Assembly (NCBI GenBank): GCA_030704615.1 | Contig: CM060731.1 | Span: 48,174,001-48,238,000, forward strand | DNA length: 64,000 nucleotides | Source of the DNA: Takakia lepidozioides | Taxonomy: Eukaryota; Plantae; Bryophyta | Direction: 5' to 3' | Shown: piece after piece, positions 61,314 through 64,000 of the stretch | How positions within the stretch are numbered: position 1 is the first letter of the stretch | How the letters are laid out: each line of letters opens with the position of its first letter | Notes under the pieces: model-generated | What the model was told of the DNA's origin: nothing | Database searches by the model: none | What the model saw: only the letters and a program-made list of their open reading frames with translations | Made by a program: the position numbers and the translations under genes

Positions 61314-63965
61314 TCATCCCTCACTTGGGTTTTCTCCATTGACACTCAGATGCTCATTTTTCACAACCGTTGAAGTGGACTTGCCTTCACGAGGAGAGTG
61401 GCTTTCAAAGGCAAGGTTGAGCTTGCTGCGTAGACACATTCCATAGTTTCCTTGGACTGCACCCTCAGCCCTCCATGTTAGAAGTGACCACAAACTTGAA
61501 TCCTCACTGTTGCTCTTTTCTTGGCTGTTCTTCCAACCCACCTATCCTGCTGTACTCTATTATCTAGAGTGAGGAACTTACGTTTCACATGCATCTCCAA
61601 TCAAACATACTGTAAACAATCTGTATACCATTCAAATCCAACATTGAGGATCTAGTGTTTGACTGAGACTACAGAAAAGGGGCGAGACAAAAGTGTATTG
61701 AAGGTAAAAAGCACAGATAATCAAAGCAAGAGAGAAGAGATTCCCCGTACCAATTTGTCCCAGTTGGTGCAGAGTGTGATGCAGACAAGCGCCACAGTCT
61801 GTGTTGTCACCCCACATAAAAGTCCTATCCACAGCCCCTGCATCCATCAAAATCTCAGCACTGCAAATTCAATTACATCTTATCATCAAGGGCTTATAGT
61901 TAAAAATCTCATTTCCAAAGGAAACGTCTCCTCATTTGCAAATAGGATCTACTGCCAGTGCACAAGCACAGTAAAATTTATATGCCCCTGGCATCAACTC
62001 ATTTCCTCATGCTCAGTCTGGAATCTGGACATCTGACATGCACAATGTGAAATTATATGTAAGACAAGCAGCACACATGAACCATATCCAAACATACCCT
62101 TCCATCAAAGTGATACACAAAGACGAGGACAACAGCTACGGGAAGGCCAACACCATAATACGCCCCCAAACCGACATATGCTCCAAACTTCTGCCACCCA
62201 CTTCCTCTCATCACACCTTCAAGAGCAACATTCAAAGTTAGAATATCGGCACGGTATTGATGCATAATCTCCATGTACACTCGAATCTACAAAGTGAGCA
62301 TGTCCCTATCATTGTGAAATGTCTGTGAGAAACATGTTCAATTGGTTTTGAGAGAGAGGGACCTGAAAGAACGCCTTGAATGCCATTGAGGCAGGCCAAC
62401 ATCGCAGGATACACTGAAAGTTTGGCTACGTACAGCACAATTTCCTCTTCATTACTGAAAATCTTCCCCCATAGATTGCGAAGTGAAAACACCAGGCCAG
62501 CCATGACCACACCCTCCATCAACCCAATTCCCACTGCCACTGCCACTGCTGACTGCGCCGAGCGCGGTCGCCCTGCTCCAAGCTCATTGGACACCCGCAC
62601 ACTGTAATTGGATCAAACACTTGAGTTACCCATACAAACACTTTAAGAAGGATCTTTTGCTAACCTCCTTACAATGTGTGTGTCCTCATGTCAGTCAATG
62701 CTTGCACGAGTCTTCAAAATCTGCCCCTTGTATTTGTACTGTGATCAAACCAAGGCACAGATGCGCAAATATGAGACAGAAGGATATGTAATTCTTGAGG
62801 GAGCTAGAGGCTCTAACCTTGCAGCGATTCCCAGACCCATTGGTACCATATTCGTGAGTCCCACAATATAAAGACTGCGCCCATTAAGACAGATCAACAC
62901 AACAAATTAACATAATCAAATACAGAGAAGGTAAGTGGGTAAGCCATAATTACAGCCTATTTCTATGCCACTTCAAAACGCAAGAATGAAGTTCAAGCTG
63001 CATAGAACCCACTATACACCAGCAGTGAGGCATACCAAATTGAAAGGGCGGACACCTCCAGTTGTGGGTTCGGAAGCACTCCAGACAACAATGTCAGCAC
63101 CTCAAGTGACCCAGACTCCATGCTGCTTGTTGCACCCCGGTATCAAACGTATAAGAAAGAAGAAAGGAGCTCTATAAAATCCGTTAAGAACCTAGATTGT
63201 TATCATTTTCGGATCATAAGGAACAGTCAACTAACATAGCCCTCCCAATGGCTGCATGCAAGAGCAAAACCTGCTCTGCCTGATTGCATAACAGCAATCT
63301 GTCGGGCGTCTTCTTTTATCGTCACCTATAGCTACTATGGCACTAAATGTGAACATTTGCATACATATGCTTACAGCAGTGCAAAAAAAGATTTAGAGAC
63401 CTGGATCAAGAATCTCACCAATACATCACAAGGGAGGGGACAGCCAGCTTGCAAAAACCACCTAAATCACGAAATGCCTCCTTTGACAATGGCATTAACG
63501 TCTTCTCAAAATGCGAAGAAAACCTTACAAACGTGGCATTGAGGACAACGCTGAATGTATACGTGATGCTGGTGGCTGCTGCACCGCCCAGGTATCCCAT
63601 ATTGAACTTGATAATCAGCAACCAACACAAGGGGACATGCATAACTAAGCTCCCCGCGTAAAGCACCATCAGATGGAATACTACACGCTGGCTTTGGCAG
63701 AACTTCACTAATGTGGTGGCACAAGCAACGGAAAACAGGGCCGGGATCAACAAGCGAGCATAAGATTGCGCCTTGCTTGCAATGACAGGGTCTTGGCCTA
63801 AGGCCACAAGAAAGGTTCCCATGTAGAACCAGACGACGGAGACGGGTATGGCTGCGACCAAGAGGATGAAAGTCCCTCGCTGCAAATAGATCCCGAGCAT
63901 GTGATATTGCTTAGCCCCGTATGCCTGCCCGCAAAGCGTCTCCAGTGCGTTTCCCAAACCCATCT
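61314..63965 (-). CDS. MATE/DTX efflux transporter, multi-exon, 5' end beyond window
   Basis: Exons MGLGNALETLCGQAYGAKQYHMLGIYLQR (63418-63965), LLSGVLPNPQLEVSALSI (~63039-63125), VPMGLGIAA, VRVSNELGAGRP...GIQGVLSG, GVMRGSGWQKFGAYV, GLWIGLLCG...TNWDKL (61751-61837). Last exon boundary uncertain. Confidence 0.92.
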
Positions 63966-64000
63966 GTACGCCCCAAACAAATCAATTTGAATAGTGTAGG

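Overview
Eukaryotic land-plant nuclear DNA (GT-AG introns, PLS-DYW PPR gene, plant MATE and TRF-like Myb genes; a non-seed plant is plausible but not proven). The window is rich in transposons and pseudogenes. Left part (1-27.8 kb): a frameshifted NOP14 copy, a trypsin-like peptidase gene, a PPR-DYW editing-factor pseudogene with an internally inverted deaminase segment, LINE fragments, an intronless PDCD2-like pseudogene and a P-element-like transposase relic. Centre (27814-47595): a three-level nest of LTR retrotransposons. An Athila-like non-autonomous element (TSD ATCCG) has a 16.2-kb Ty3/Gypsy insertion in its 5' LTR (28377-44552, minus strand, TSD AGTT). This inner element is the main result. 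(i) Its Pol frame reads protease - DNMT3-like C5 cytosine methyltransferase - RT - RNase H - DDE integrase - PHD finger. (ii) It has split terminal repeats, X...ORFs...PPT-Y-gc-X-Y, as expected if a 2-LTR circle were opened at an internal GACA-GC-TGTC palindrome and integrated. (iii) Its primer-binding position is complementary to a hairpin loop in its own terminal repeat, suggesting tRNA-independent self-priming. (iv) It carries variable cargo, including a MIRO GTPase gene fragment and an extra ORF. Right part: copia and CRE-type retroelement fragments, a PIF/Harbinger-type non-autonomous element, a head-to-head pair of apparently intact genes (TRF-like telobox Myb and a SAM methyltransferase), a tandem-repeat ORF with SIM-like motifs and the 3' part of a MATE transporter gene. 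All protein assignments come from motif recognition by eye; no database search was run.
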